NCBI GenBank assembly: GCA_010093605.1
Contig: MU004196.1
Coordinates: 1,510,606 to 1,574,605, forward strand
DNA from: Lophium mytilinum
Taxonomy: Eukaryota
Length of the DNA: 64,000 nucleotides
Direction: 5' to 3'
Numbering within the stretch: position 1 is the first letter of the stretch; the number at the start of each line of letters is the position of its first letter. The notes under the pieces were generated by a model. The model saw only the letters and a list, made by a program, of their open reading frames with translations, had not been told where the DNA came from and made no database searches. A program made the position numbers and the translations under genes. Shown one piece after another: positions 12,575 through 23,567 of this stretch.

Positions 12575-13687
12575 CTACTCCTCCTTGACGTGACCACTCC
12601 CTGGGACCAGCCCCCCCATGATCCCATCTGCCATCGCCCCAGCATCCGTCTGCACCTTGTCCATATTTATCTCCTCCACCACCCCATTGATAACCACCGC
12701 AACCTCCGGATCCTGCACCAACTCCCCCATCACATCCCCCTCCTGCCGCCAATACTGCTCCACCTCCCCCCGCAACACCTTATCCCTCACAACCGCATTC
12801 CTCAACACCCCCAACGCCCGCATCTTCATCAGAGTCTCCTCCACATTCTTCGTCGCCGCCTGCACCCTCACCGCCACCGGCGGCGGCCTCGCCAACCACC
12901 GATTCGTACTCGTCAACCACAACGCGAGCCCCAGCAGCCCGTCTAACCCTGCGACCGCGAGCAGCCGCAGCGTCCGCACGCGCCAGAACACGTTGGCTAG
13001 GTCCTCCATCCGTTTCACCTTCTTGTTCCGCGTCATGTCGTACGTCGCTGTGTACCACACCTCCACCACCACTATCGCGAGGGCCGCGATCCACCCCTGC
13101 TTGCGCCAGCGCGCGCCTTCAAGCCCGGCGAAGACGTCGCTGGTCGCCGCGCCCAGCACGACGGCGTGCAGGAGGTGCGGCCAGAGCAGCTTGGGGAGGT
13201 GGTACGCGAAGTAGCCCCACGCATCGTCGGCGCCACAGACGGTGCAGTGCGCCACGGTGTCGGGGCCGAAGGCGAGGTAGGCGAGCCTACTCTCCGTATT
13301 GACAAACTTCGCGCGTAGCGTGATATCGGTGGGCGTAAGGGGGCGGAGGACCTCGAGGCGCTTGAAGAGCACATCGGTGTCGATTTGCAGCCGCGATTGG
13401 GTGGCGACGAAGATGTTTTCGGGGGCGAAGGCGGGGAGGGAGAGGAGGAGGGCGAGGGAGGCGCTGGCGAAGAGGAGGTTGAGGGCGCGCTTTGTGGGGG
13501 CGGGGACGGGCCGGATGGGGATGCTGCTGTTCGGGTAGAGGATGGACTTGACGAAGTCGATGAGTTTGGGGACGACGTAGGGCGCGAGTACGGATGTGAG
13601 GGTGCGCGCGAGGGGGGAGAGGAAGGTTAGGTATGGGACTATGAAGTAGCAGCCGACCCAGATGATGATAGTTTGGAGGGCGCCCAT
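12575..13687 (-). CDS. Conserved fungal membrane protein of unknown function
   Basis: Long single-exon ORF with several hydrophobic segments, PENIF..TQSRLQ and CxxC (HCTVC) motifs. Probable start MGALQ at 13687. Confidence 0.75.
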   Translation of the reverse strand: MGALQTIIIWVGCYFIVPYLTFLSPLARTLTSVLAPYVVPKLIDFVKSILYPNSSIPIRPVPAPTKRALNLLFASASLALLLSLPAFAPENIFVATQSRLQIDTDVLFKRLEVLRPLTPTDITLRAKFVNTESRLAYLAFGPDTVAHCTVCGADDAWGYFAYHLPKLLWPHLLHAVVLGAATSDVFAGLEGARWRKQGWIAALAIVVVEVWYTATYDMTRNKKVKRMEDLANVFWRVRTLRLLAVAGLDGLLGLALWLTSTNRWLARPPPVAVRVQAATKNVEETLMKMRALGVLRNAVVRDKVLRGEVEQYWRQEGDVMGELVQDPEVAVVINGVVEEINMDKVQTDAGAMADGIMGGLVPGSGHVKEE

Positions 13688-14120
13688 TGTCGAGGTTGTG
13701 AAGAAGAGAGCGGCATGGGATAGGAGGAATGAAAGGAGAGTTCCAAGGTTGGAGGATTGGAGGAGACACGTAGCAAACAAGGGAGGTGAATGGTTGTTGT
13801 CGAAAGTCAAAGGTGTCGCTTCCGAGCCGGAGGCATGTGGGACGGACTATTTCTTGGTAAGGCTGAGCCGGCCGACCACGGGTATATATGCAGGAACAGC
13901 ACCATATTTGGAATTAATGGGATGGATTACGTGTCTTTGACTAGATATCTACAGCTTATGCTTCTCAATATATATGCCGAAATTTTGCGGCTGGAACTCC
14001 TCTAAAACCACAACAGCCTCCCCGCTATCTACGCCATGCTCTGTGCAGAATAAAGAAAATCGTCTCCTTCGTAAAAGAACTCCCAATACTCCAATGCGCT
14101 GCGAACCGTAAATGCAACAT

Positions 14121-15458
14121 CTAGGCCTTCTCCTCGACAACATAGCCCCACTCATGCTGCTCCTTGCCCCACATGATATTCTTCAACCACGTCTTGATGG
14201 TCTTGGTATACGTCCCCATATCCCCCTCCTTCATGTCAATGTTCAACTCCTTTCCGCGGAAGTTGATCAAGCTGATCGGCGCGATGAAGAACGCAGTCCC
14301 AGAAACAAAGCATTCGATCAGGCGTCCCTCATTGTACGCCTCCTCGAGCTCAAACATGTCGTACTTCCGCTCGACGACTTCGAGCTCCCCACCCTTCTCT
14401 AACCTCGTCCGCGCCAGTTCGAGAACACTTCGTCGGGTGACACCATCTAGAATGATCTTCTCGCCTAGGGGAGCGGTAACAAGCTGGGTCTTCCCCTCCT
14501 TAGTCTTCCACACAACGAAGAAGTTCGAGGCTCCGGCTTCCGTGACGTTGCACTTCTCCCCAAATAGCCACAGGATCTGGTCGAACCCTTGGGCGCGTGC
14601 CTCGCCCTGCGCGACGAGAGAGGGGCCGTAGTTCGCGCCCACCTTGGCATATCCGAACCCGCCGGGCCAGGCGCGGACCATGTCGTCCCTGCTCGCCAAC
14701 AGCTTCATCCCCCCGGGCGTCGACGACGCATCCATAGCCGGGAACATCGTCATGATAACGTAGAGGAGAGCTTCCTTCGGTCGTTGCACACCTAGAGCGG
14801 AGTCCGTTGCGATCATAGTAGGTCGGATGTAAAGGAAAGCGCCGGGTTGGTCCTTGGGTAGCCACTTCGCCCCATCCTGTGCACAAAGCGCCACGATCAA
14901 CTTAAGCAGCTCCGCCGGTTGGAACGCAGGCAAGGCGATGCGGTTCGTGGACATGAGCATGCGGTTGCAGTTGAGGGTCGGGCGGAAGAGACGCAGCTTT
15001 CCGTCGTAGCCCCGGTACAGCTTCATCCCCTCGAAGCACTCGGTTGCGTAGTGCAGCACTGAGGCCGTGGGCATGATGCTCAGAGGCCCGTAGGCTTGCA
15101 GTGAAGGGGCGTCCCATCCGTTGGATACTGTCCATCGGGCCTGGATCATGTGGTCGGTGCACACTTTTTGGGAGGCGATTTCGGGGCTGCCGGCCGCGGG
15201 CACGGTGCGAGGATTTGAGGTGAGGGCGATGTTGAGGCGGGCGGCAGAGAGTTCGGGAAGGGGGTTTGCGGTGCCATTGGAGATGATTTTCGAGGCGCCG
15301 TTGGTCAAAGAATCGGTGTCTTGGGTGGATATGCCATTGGAGGTGCCATTGGAGTGGCTTGGTTCCGTGGTCAGCGAGTGGGCAGTCTTATCGACGCTGG
15401 AGGCAATGCCTTGGGCAGTTAATTTGGAGGTGGTGGTTGCGATGGCCATCGGAGACAT
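14121..15458 (-). CDS. Branched-chain amino acid aminotransferase (PLP class IV)
   Basis: LHYATECFEGMK, LYIRPTMI, RAWPGGFGYAKVGANY (PLP lysine), TEAGASNFF, ILDGVTRRS. Start at 15458 or 15509. Confidence 0.96.
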   Translation of the reverse strand: MSPMAIATTTSKLTAQGIASSVDKTAHSLTTEPSHSNGTSNGISTQDTDSLTNGASKIISNGTANPLPELSAARLNIALTSNPRTVPAAGSPEIASQKVCTDHMIQARWTVSNGWDAPSLQAYGPLSIMPTASVLHYATECFEGMKLYRGYDGKLRLFRPTLNCNRMLMSTNRIALPAFQPAELLKLIVALCAQDGAKWLPKDQPGAFLYIRPTMIATDSALGVQRPKEALLYVIMTMFPAMDASSTPGGMKLLASRDDMVRAWPGGFGYAKVGANYGPSLVAQGEARAQGFDQILWLFGEKCNVTEAGASNFFVVWKTKEGKTQLVTAPLGEKIILDGVTRRSVLELARTRLEKGGELEVVERKYDMFELEEAYNEGRLIECFVSGTAFFIAPISLINFRGKELNIDMKEGDMGTYTKTIKTWLKNIMWGKEQHEWGYVVEEKA

Positions 15459-16913
15459 TGCGGGAGAGCTTCGAAGATGGAATATATGAAAGAAAATGCA
15501 ATCAGTCAAGGCAAATGCGACAGTAAATGCGAGTAGGGAGAATGTCTTGTCGAAGAACTATGGGAACTATGCGTCTTAAATGCTTTTGAAAGAAAGTGGG
15601 CACCATGAGGGGTGCTAGAACTATGATTCATCGCCCTATCACCTTTCCATATCTACGCCCCTTCGGATCTCGGGTCTGGGAGATAGTCCCAGTAAAAGCC
15701 TGCGACAGAGATTTAGTTGGTCCCCACCTGGTGCAGGCATTGATGTGCCGTTCTTTGATGCGGTATGCAGGTCTTGTGATGTACGGAGGTAAAGCGTTGT
15801 AGGAGTCTTTTTTTCGCCGCCGTGGCTACCCGGCGATAGGAACCGCTGTCCGGGGTAGAGAAAACTCGGTATGCCGCATCAATCCCTGCTGTAACGCTAG
15901 CTTGAGCGGATACTGGCGGCACGAGTACCGTAGCATTCACGTCATGTTTCGTTATCTTTTGCTATACCTATTTGGTGCCCTTCTGCTTTCCCGTATATGT
16001 TTCACGATGCCCCTTCATTGGCAAAAGTCAACATCTCTTTCAAATTCGAGTTTTCTTGTGGCGAGAAAGTGCATCATAGAATACCGTGGTTCAAAGCTTC
16101 CGTCGCTACAAATTTTACCTGAATGAAACCATGAAGAAACTGCTTTATCTAACATATTCTCTCTCCGGATTCCAACATCGAGCGGTGTTATAGCGTGCAC
16201 ATACATGGGAACCATTCTAGGAATCCAAGGAGGCGGATGAGTTGGCTTAGTCAGCACCCATTCCACCTCACTCTACTTTGAACACCATCTTTCCATTTAC
16301 GATACCATTAATACTCAATACACGATTTCAGGCCCACCACAGCTTATACCCCAACTTCGAATCTCCAATTGCAATTACAATGCACAGAACTACTGATATG
16401 AGCCGGCCATCTCTCAATCCGACGAATCGCATACACCCTTCATGTCATCGCGCTTCTCGAATCAGTCAAGGCGCGCGCCCTACCGCAAGGATAGTGCTTG
16501 GGGCTAATGCACCTTGTACTTCGACGAAGAGAAGGGCGTGCATCATGCAACTCCGGGGTAACTGATGCTTGCATGTAGAGCTGTAGGTCAGGTGACTTTC
16601 TTTGTTGCGCTCTCAATCCCGCATTCCATTCAGAGAACTACTTCGAGTCGTCTCCTTTGTCACATTGTCCCAGGATTGATATTTGATCCACGGTAATAAT
16701 GTTGCATTTGTGTGCCACAAGGGGCATGAAAGAGGTGGCACACTCAACCTGCATTCTGCCTCTTGCATACATGTCTGCCGCTGTTTGCGATGCTTCGGTA
16801 CATTTTTAGAAATATCATAGAGGTAGAACCTCTTAGCTTTGGGCTATCTAGAAATTTGCTGAAGTACTCCAAGCAGTGGCAACAAGTGTACACGCGACCG
16901 CATCCTTGCTAAC

Positions 16914-18140
16914 CTATCCATGGCTAGGGGTGATCCAGTTCTGCAGCTCTGAATCGCTCGCCTGCTTCACTGAAGAATCGACGGGCACCTTGACGTCAAC
17001 CTTAATGAAGTACGGTCGGCGGTGGCTACTTTGAAACTTTTTCGTGCCGTCCTTGACGGGAGCGTCTTTGGGATCGTACCCAGCAAACAACAATATCCAT
17101 CCGTTGTTAGGACCGATCTGAGCGACGGTAGGCACACCAGGCGCCAGGACTTGATCGCCCACGTAGCGCCAGCCGTCGTGCTTCTCGTCGCCCTGGAGGA
17201 GGTAAAAGACCTCCTTTTGCCCCTGAGATTTCCAGAGATGATCCGGGTTATTCTTCATCACCTTTCGGTACTGTTAGCCTTTGGCTGGGAGGAACGTGTC
17301 CGAATAAGCAATGTCTATCTTGTATGACCGGCGATCGTACGCTCCTACAGAATAAGCCATGAGAAACTTACCGTTGATGGCCCTCATGTTGCCAGTCTCA
17401 ATGAGCTTGAAGCTGTCATTGCCTTCGACGTAATCTTCCGAGTTCAAATTATCATTGGGGAGCAACAGAAAGGTGGGCTTGCTGCCCGGTGTCTTGGTTG
17501 TCGGATTATCCATTGGCCATGCGACCACGCCATCACGCTTTGGTTTCTTGGAGTATTGCTTCTGGTAGACCAGGTAAAGCTGTCCAGCCGGTGTCTGGAA
17601 GTACTTGCCGTCGTAATTGGCATCGACATCTTCCGAGAAGGATCCAACCAGCACCTTGTCCCCAATCCAGGATGTGGGTGGCACGTCCACGGCTGATGCG
17701 TTCTCCGGGTGCGCGTGTACGATGACACTCCAACCGGAAATGCCTTTACAATCAGGTGTGCTCTGTACATGCAGCGTTACCAGCGCATCCCACGAGCGAC
17801 TGGTACCGGATCCGCTCTGGAAAGGGTGGATCCCAGCAGCACCACAAAAAGTTGTATTGGAGTCATCCGCAGCTTGCTTTAAGGCCCGAGTGTTATCGTA
17901 TTTATTGGGGTGCGAAGAGGCGCATTTAGGCTGAAGGGAGCCATCACATTCCAAATACTTGTGCGTGGTGCCCGAGATGTAGACGACTTTGCTTGTCTCA
18001 TAAGGAACGTGAAATGGATCCGAGAAATACCCTGTCTTGCCGGCTTCATCGACGTTCGTAATGGGAGAGATGGGTATATCAGCCTGAGCATGCGCCAAGA
18101 GAGCAAAGATTCTAAGGGTAGGGAGGAAAGCGGCAAGCAT
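16914..18140 (-). pseudogene. Secreted five-bladed beta-propeller glycoside hydrolase (GH43-like) interrupted by an in-frame TAA at 17274-17276
   Basis: Signal-peptide-like MLAAFLPTLRIFALLAHAQA, FSDPF, NYDGKYF, LIETGN, YSVGAY. The ORFs 17274..18206 and 16914..17261 are in the same frame (...PAKG*QYRKVMKN...). Confidence 0.65.
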
Positions 18141-19459
18141 TTTGAAGCTAGGTACTTGGTGCGCGAGGACTTGGAGAGTAGGATAAAATGGTAGAATGGA
18201 AGGCAATCTGATGTTATAGCTATGTCGAGACGGTATAATAGTCTTAGCTACTGAATAGGTATAGCGATAGCGAAAGGAAGTTCTGAAATGTCGGCTCTCC
18301 TATATATTCGTTATGACATGGAACATTCTTACCTTGCTAGGCCGCTATGTAATCTGCGTCTTGCCTTATATTGTGGTGTTGCAAAGTGGGCTGAGGACCT
18401 CGCAGCATCGCACTGGATGGAACCTCAGGCTCACCATCACAGAACGTGAGACTCCGCGCACTGGCCCAAAAACACCACTATTGACGTCTAGAACAGCAGC
18501 AAGGATACCAATGATTTTCGACTTAGCTATAGTTAACTACACCGCCTGTTTTAACAGGTGCTGTAAGACTTCCAATTGAAAACCAGCAATGGGACGCGCA
18601 AGGATGATTTCTCGTCTCGAAATCCTCCGACCATCGGAGTCTTGCTTTTTGTGGTGATCAGCTTAAGCCTCGCAGCGTAGCGCTTATCTTTAATTTGGGG
18701 CCAGTTCGGCCACCCCGTCACGCAGGGCAAGAAACAAGTGGCACACCCAGCTAGCATTCTGCCATTTATACACCTGTGTGCCTGTCTGCCGCCATTTATG
18801 GTCCTTTAATGCATTGTTACAGCTATAGTTAAGATAGCAACCCTTAGATTTAGGCTATATAGAAACTTTCCGAGGCACTCTATACAGTGGGAAACAGGTG
18901 CACTAACCTACTTAGTACTCTAAAACAGCATAGGAGCATAAAATAATATTCTATAAATCTGTAAGATATGCGTATTACTTTTATATTTATATACGCTTGT
19001 ATAGCACCGTCTAGGGTCCTCTAGTATCCTATTGCTATCTATAGAACGGCAGCTTTGGCAAGCCTAATAGCTCTCCGGGCCGCCTCAGACGGTGTTGAAC
19101 TGCTGGAGTGTGCCACTTTTTTCCTGCCTAGCGTGCCCGTGTATCCATTTAATGTCAACGCGCGTAGGGGTAATTCGGTAGTATATTAACGCCCTGAAAG
19201 CGCCATAGCTACTTCCTGCTATCCACGCTCAGTTTGGCTACGTAGCGAAACTGAGCCTGAATCGTGTATAAGGTTTGAGAGGCCACAGATCCTGTGATTG
19301 ACCCTCAGAGTCGATCAAGCGGCTAGATGAAAATCAACGCCACGGTGCGGGGCTTCATCCAGTGCGATGCGCTTGGCCCCCACTCTGTAACACTGCAAAT
19401 GTAAGACAGGGACACCGATGACGTAGCGGCTTGGGGATGCATACCCAACTGTCAAAAAC

Positions 19460-21487
19460 ATGTCAGCCATTTTATTTTCGACAGTCCATTCTCCATCGGC
19501 CGCGAGAATGGCGAACCCCAACACGGCCCTCTTCTGCGACAACATTGGACATAGTAATGCGACAAGCGATTTGGAATGTTGTTATCTGAACGACCAGAAC
19601 TCATCCGTATGCCAGAGGAACTTCGGTGCTGGATCAGGAACTTTCAGCGGAGGATGCAATCTGACTGGGAATTGCATTGCGGACTGCCAGAGTACTGAGG
19701 TGCTATACAGTTCAGTAGCACAACTCAGTGCCTATGGGGGAACCGGCTTTGGGCCTATTCGAAGATTCGCGACATGTGTCAATATACCAGCCATGGCTGG
19801 CTACTCAAGCCACAAACTTCTCGGGAACCTGGCTTCGGTGATTGATCCACACCTACCGCAGAATAGGACGAACGCCGATTTGAGTGGGGTCACATCAGCT
19901 GTCACTGAGTGCCTGACGCAGACTTGCAGAGCGTCGAGGAACAAGAAAGCTTGTATAAACAGTTGCGCTCCGGTGAATCTCCTTACCAATAGCACGACGC
20001 CGAATATTGAGGGGGTGAACGATTGTTTGCATACGCTATGTCATGGTGGCTACGACTCTTTGCCGTATGCTGACGCGGATATCATTGGCATTGGAGTGAG
20101 TCTTTATACGCAACGCTCATTACAGTACTACGCCATAAGTCTGGGTACATGAACACATTTCTACTTGGCTCCAACTTACTCACGACCTCGACATTACTGC
20201 TGGACCCTCGAAACTTTGTGGCGGTACCCCAAGCAGAGGTGAACCAGTGTGCCCAGACTTATGGCCTGTCACTATATCAAGTACTTATCGGAACAGGTTT
20301 TTGCAGCATACATCATGCAATGCATCTTCGTCGTCCTCCTCTGCTTCGGCTTGTTCGGCTTCGACCTTTACAATAGACCAAGAAGTCGGCCATCCACGAC
20401 CACAGAGCACGTTCCCTCAGAAAGTAAACCCTCCCAGTCCGAAACAGAAATCACGCCAGCAAATGCAGGAAATCCGCCCAAGCCCAACGATGAAGATCCT
20501 AGCCATGAAGAGCTCTTCGAAAACTTCCTCGTAGAATACCACAAAACGCAATGCTACTTTAGCGCCACCCTCCAGATTGCTTCACTCTCTTACGGCATCT
20601 TCGAGACCAATATGCTGCTCATCTTCATGCTGATTCCACTTGCAACAAATGGCATCCTACCAGTTGTCTTTGCCTTTGTCCTTCTCTTCCGGCACGGAAA
20701 GTCTACTATGGACGTCACCCTCTTGACCATCGCATGCTGGTTCCTATCCTCGCTCGTATACTGGATCCTGTACGCGCATATTATACCAATCAACTCACAG
20801 ATCCGGTCCACCCAGAAGCAATATCGGGCTTACGAACAGTTCATGTATAAGCTGTCTGCGATCGATGCGTGCGGGGGTTATTCGGGACTTGCAGTTTGTC
20901 CTGGGAACAATTTCAACCTCGGGAGAGCTGACATCTTCGCTGCCTCACACAACCTCCGCGTCCTCACGCCAATTATCTGGTCGTTCTCGACCTTGTGTCT
21001 CATCGCTGCTGTCTTCTCCAAATATCTCATGTGGCGTCGGAGCCGAGACGACGGTCATGCCTACCAGGCTCCCTCTGAGGTGGGCGAAGCTGGCGAAGCG
21101 AGTGAAGACGTACCTCAAGGGAGCAATAGTCCGATATCACTGCGTTCACGTTCCGGGTCATCCATCATCTACTGGCTAACGACTCTGTGCTTCCTTGCGG
21201 GCATCGGCATGCAACTAAGTCTGCTGTCGATTGGAACGAGCTTGAATATGATGAATAGACATTACTGGAGTTTTGGGCAGGTTATGGCGATTACGGTATG
21301 GTCGCCGCCGCTGTTGGGGTGGATATATGATGAGTGTAAGAAAATCTTGAAGGAGAAATTCAATATTGGTGAGCGAGGTATTATTCTTGGTAGTAAGCAA
21401 CAGGCTGACATTAGCAGGCGATATACCGAAGTAAGGCGCACCGTGTGTCTGGGTGCAGTTAATAAGAGGGTGCTCGGTATTCTTTAG
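19460..21487 (+). CDS. Multi-pass membrane protein with Cys-rich N-terminal region; intron 20096-20296 (possible further intron ~21369-21417)
   Basis: Splicing joins ADADIIGIG|VFAAYIMQ; QCYFSATLQIA and WSFGQVMAITVWSPP motifs typical of a common fungal membrane-protein family; several TM segments. Confidence 0.8.
20123..20274 (+). mobile_element. MITE (Tc1/mariner-like, 152 bp) inserted in an intron
   Basis: TA|CAGTACTACGCCATAAGTCTGGGTACA...TGTGCCCAGACTTATGGCCTGTCACTA|TA: ~27-bp imperfect TIRs, TA on both sides. Confidence 0.8.
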
Positions 21488-21891
21488 TAAGGCTGAAAGC
21501 ATAGCCGAAATTGATTCGATGCACGGTTCAAATAAAGGGTTCGAAGTCACCCAAAAAGAGGGAAAGGGACGAGACGCAAACACATAGGTAGTCCTAGGGT
21601 TTAGTACAGGGCATTAGTTCGTGTAATTTCCTTGAATACTGATTCGACCATTCTTGGAAAATGCTCATGACAACCTGGGCCCCGCCGAAAAAGCCAATTA
21701 TGAGCGTTTGGAGACGCCCCGGTCGCCTCAGTTATGACTTACACATCTCGCCTAGAAATCTGATGATGGAGCGAAACGCCTCAGACAGCGGCAAGTAGGG
21801 GCACACACAGGCTGGGGACCATACAACCGAGCGCTAGGATTATACGAGCCTCATACTTTCGATACTTTAAGAGAAAAAAACCTACGTCATA

Positions 21892-22965
21892 TCATTGCGG
21901 CCAACACGACCTATTCCCGGTATCCCACTCCCCGGGGTTAATATCGGAGCTTAATTCAGGCACATCATCCTGAGCATGCTCCTCATCCTGAGCATTCTCC
22001 TCAAACTGGGAATTATCGATGATTGGTCTCCTTTGACGAGGAGCGAAAACACGCACACGGCAGTTCGGACCTATAATATGTTAGCATACAATACAGACAA
22101 CCCTCACAAAACGGGGGAAAGGGGCCATAATAGACATTAACTTACAAATAAAGAGCGGGGCCGTCGGGTGATTGAGCAAGCCATGCAAACAATCTCTCCC
22201 GAAGACATGCCCACATGTATTCAGACGCACCGGAATGTGGTTAGCATTATACTCATCTTCCTGGCAAATCGTGCAGTTTTCCATATCACCTTCACCTTCG
22301 GGTACTCGAGTCGCAACATCGTCAACGTCGATCTCATCACCAACAAACTCGAATCCAACATCCTCTAGCTCTCCAAACCGGCCCCGCAGTACTGATGAGG
22401 TCAAGGAGTCGTTCGCACTCCCCGGGGGAGGGGCGCCGTCAGTGTCGCTGTCAGTATCGTCGTCTCTCAGAGGGAGAGTAACCACCTGCACGCCCTCCAC
22501 AAGCGCAATCGCAAAGTCGCTCTTCAGCATATACAACGCCGTAATCACGCCGTCGTCTCCGGGCCTTCTCACGAGCTCCCGGGCCACCTGGATAGGCGCG
22601 TTCGGGTCTGCGTCCAGCTCATTCGTGCGGGGATTGATGCCGGGGATGTACTCCTCGTTGGTCCCCCGGATCCAATAGTCGCCTAGCTGTAGCATAGTGG
22701 GGCTTGGTGGGCAGATGTCGGCGCGGAACTCGTCCTCTTCCCAGATCTTCATTCGCACGTTGAGCTCGGAAAAAGTGACTACGAGTGCGCTCCTCCCGTT
22801 GATATCTGCGGTGGCTATCCTGAACATCTCGTGGTGGGGCCGCCCGGGCATTCTGAAAACCCAGTTATCGCCAATATAGACGTTGCTAGTATCTAAGCGG
22901 CCATTTGGGTCTCGCACGTAGACAACACCGAGCGGCTGTTGGCCGGCGCCTCGTGCATCTGCCAT
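21892..22965 (-). CDS. RING finger protein (putative E3 ligase); intron ~22071-22145
   Basis: CTICQEDEY..CGHVFGRDC..; the GTAAGT..GCTAAC..TAG intron completes the RING with C|PNCR; stop TGA at 21892-21894. Confidence 0.8.
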
Positions 22966-23316
22966 CTTGTTTCTAGGCGGTTTCGTTTCCTGTGGGGCGT
23001 GGAATTTTGAGTTGATGGCTAATCGCGCTTCCGTTTACACGATCGTTTGTCTAAGAGGGAAAATGTTTCGAAATAGATATGTAGTTATGAATTGGAATCG
23101 GGATAAGGGGTTATGAGCTCTCGTTCGTCCAACAAAGCCGGCTGCATCGATTGATGGCTTCGTACAAAGGGACGATGGACAAGGGCTTTGTACTCGACAA
23201 TGGAACAAGGATATGTCTTTTTTCTTGCACTCTACTGCCGCCACTCTCAGCGCGTCAATACTTTTGAATGAGTGCAGGCTGTCCAAACCTATATCAACTG
23301 TGCTGAGCAGGAAACT

Positions 23317-23437
23317 AGTCAAGAGGCAATCTAATCTGCACTACTTGAAGTTTGACATCGCCCTTGAGTATTCGAAACCCTGTGGGGTACCCCAAGCAGT
23401 GGCGTACCAGTGTGCCCAGACCTGTGGCCTGTCACTG
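23317..23437 (+). mobile_element. Partial MITE copy (right part and right TIR)
   Basis: GGGGTACCCCAAGCAGTGGCGTACCAGTGTGCCCAGACCTGTGGCCTGTCACTG|TA matches 20221-20274 and the reverse complement of 853-975. Left TIR not found. Confidence 0.7.
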
Positions 23438-23567
23438 TACACAAACATACTATTTGCGTTATCTGCTAGTGTGATGAAAGAAGCTGTTTGAGCCGTAAGT
23501 ATTGCTGCATAGCAAGCTACCCGTAGAGAAAACGCTAAGTGAAACTAGCTCAAATATCTGGAACATA

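Noticed and set aside
8625..15489. Long antisense/overlapping ORFs (8625..9404, 11207..11995, 12618..13214, 14164..14631, etc.)
   Set aside because: Shadows of GC-rich real genes on the opposite strand; no motifs of their own.
16710..16743. GTGTGCCAC..GTGGCACAC 9-bp hairpin
   Set aside because: Single short stem with no other copies seen; compatible with chance.
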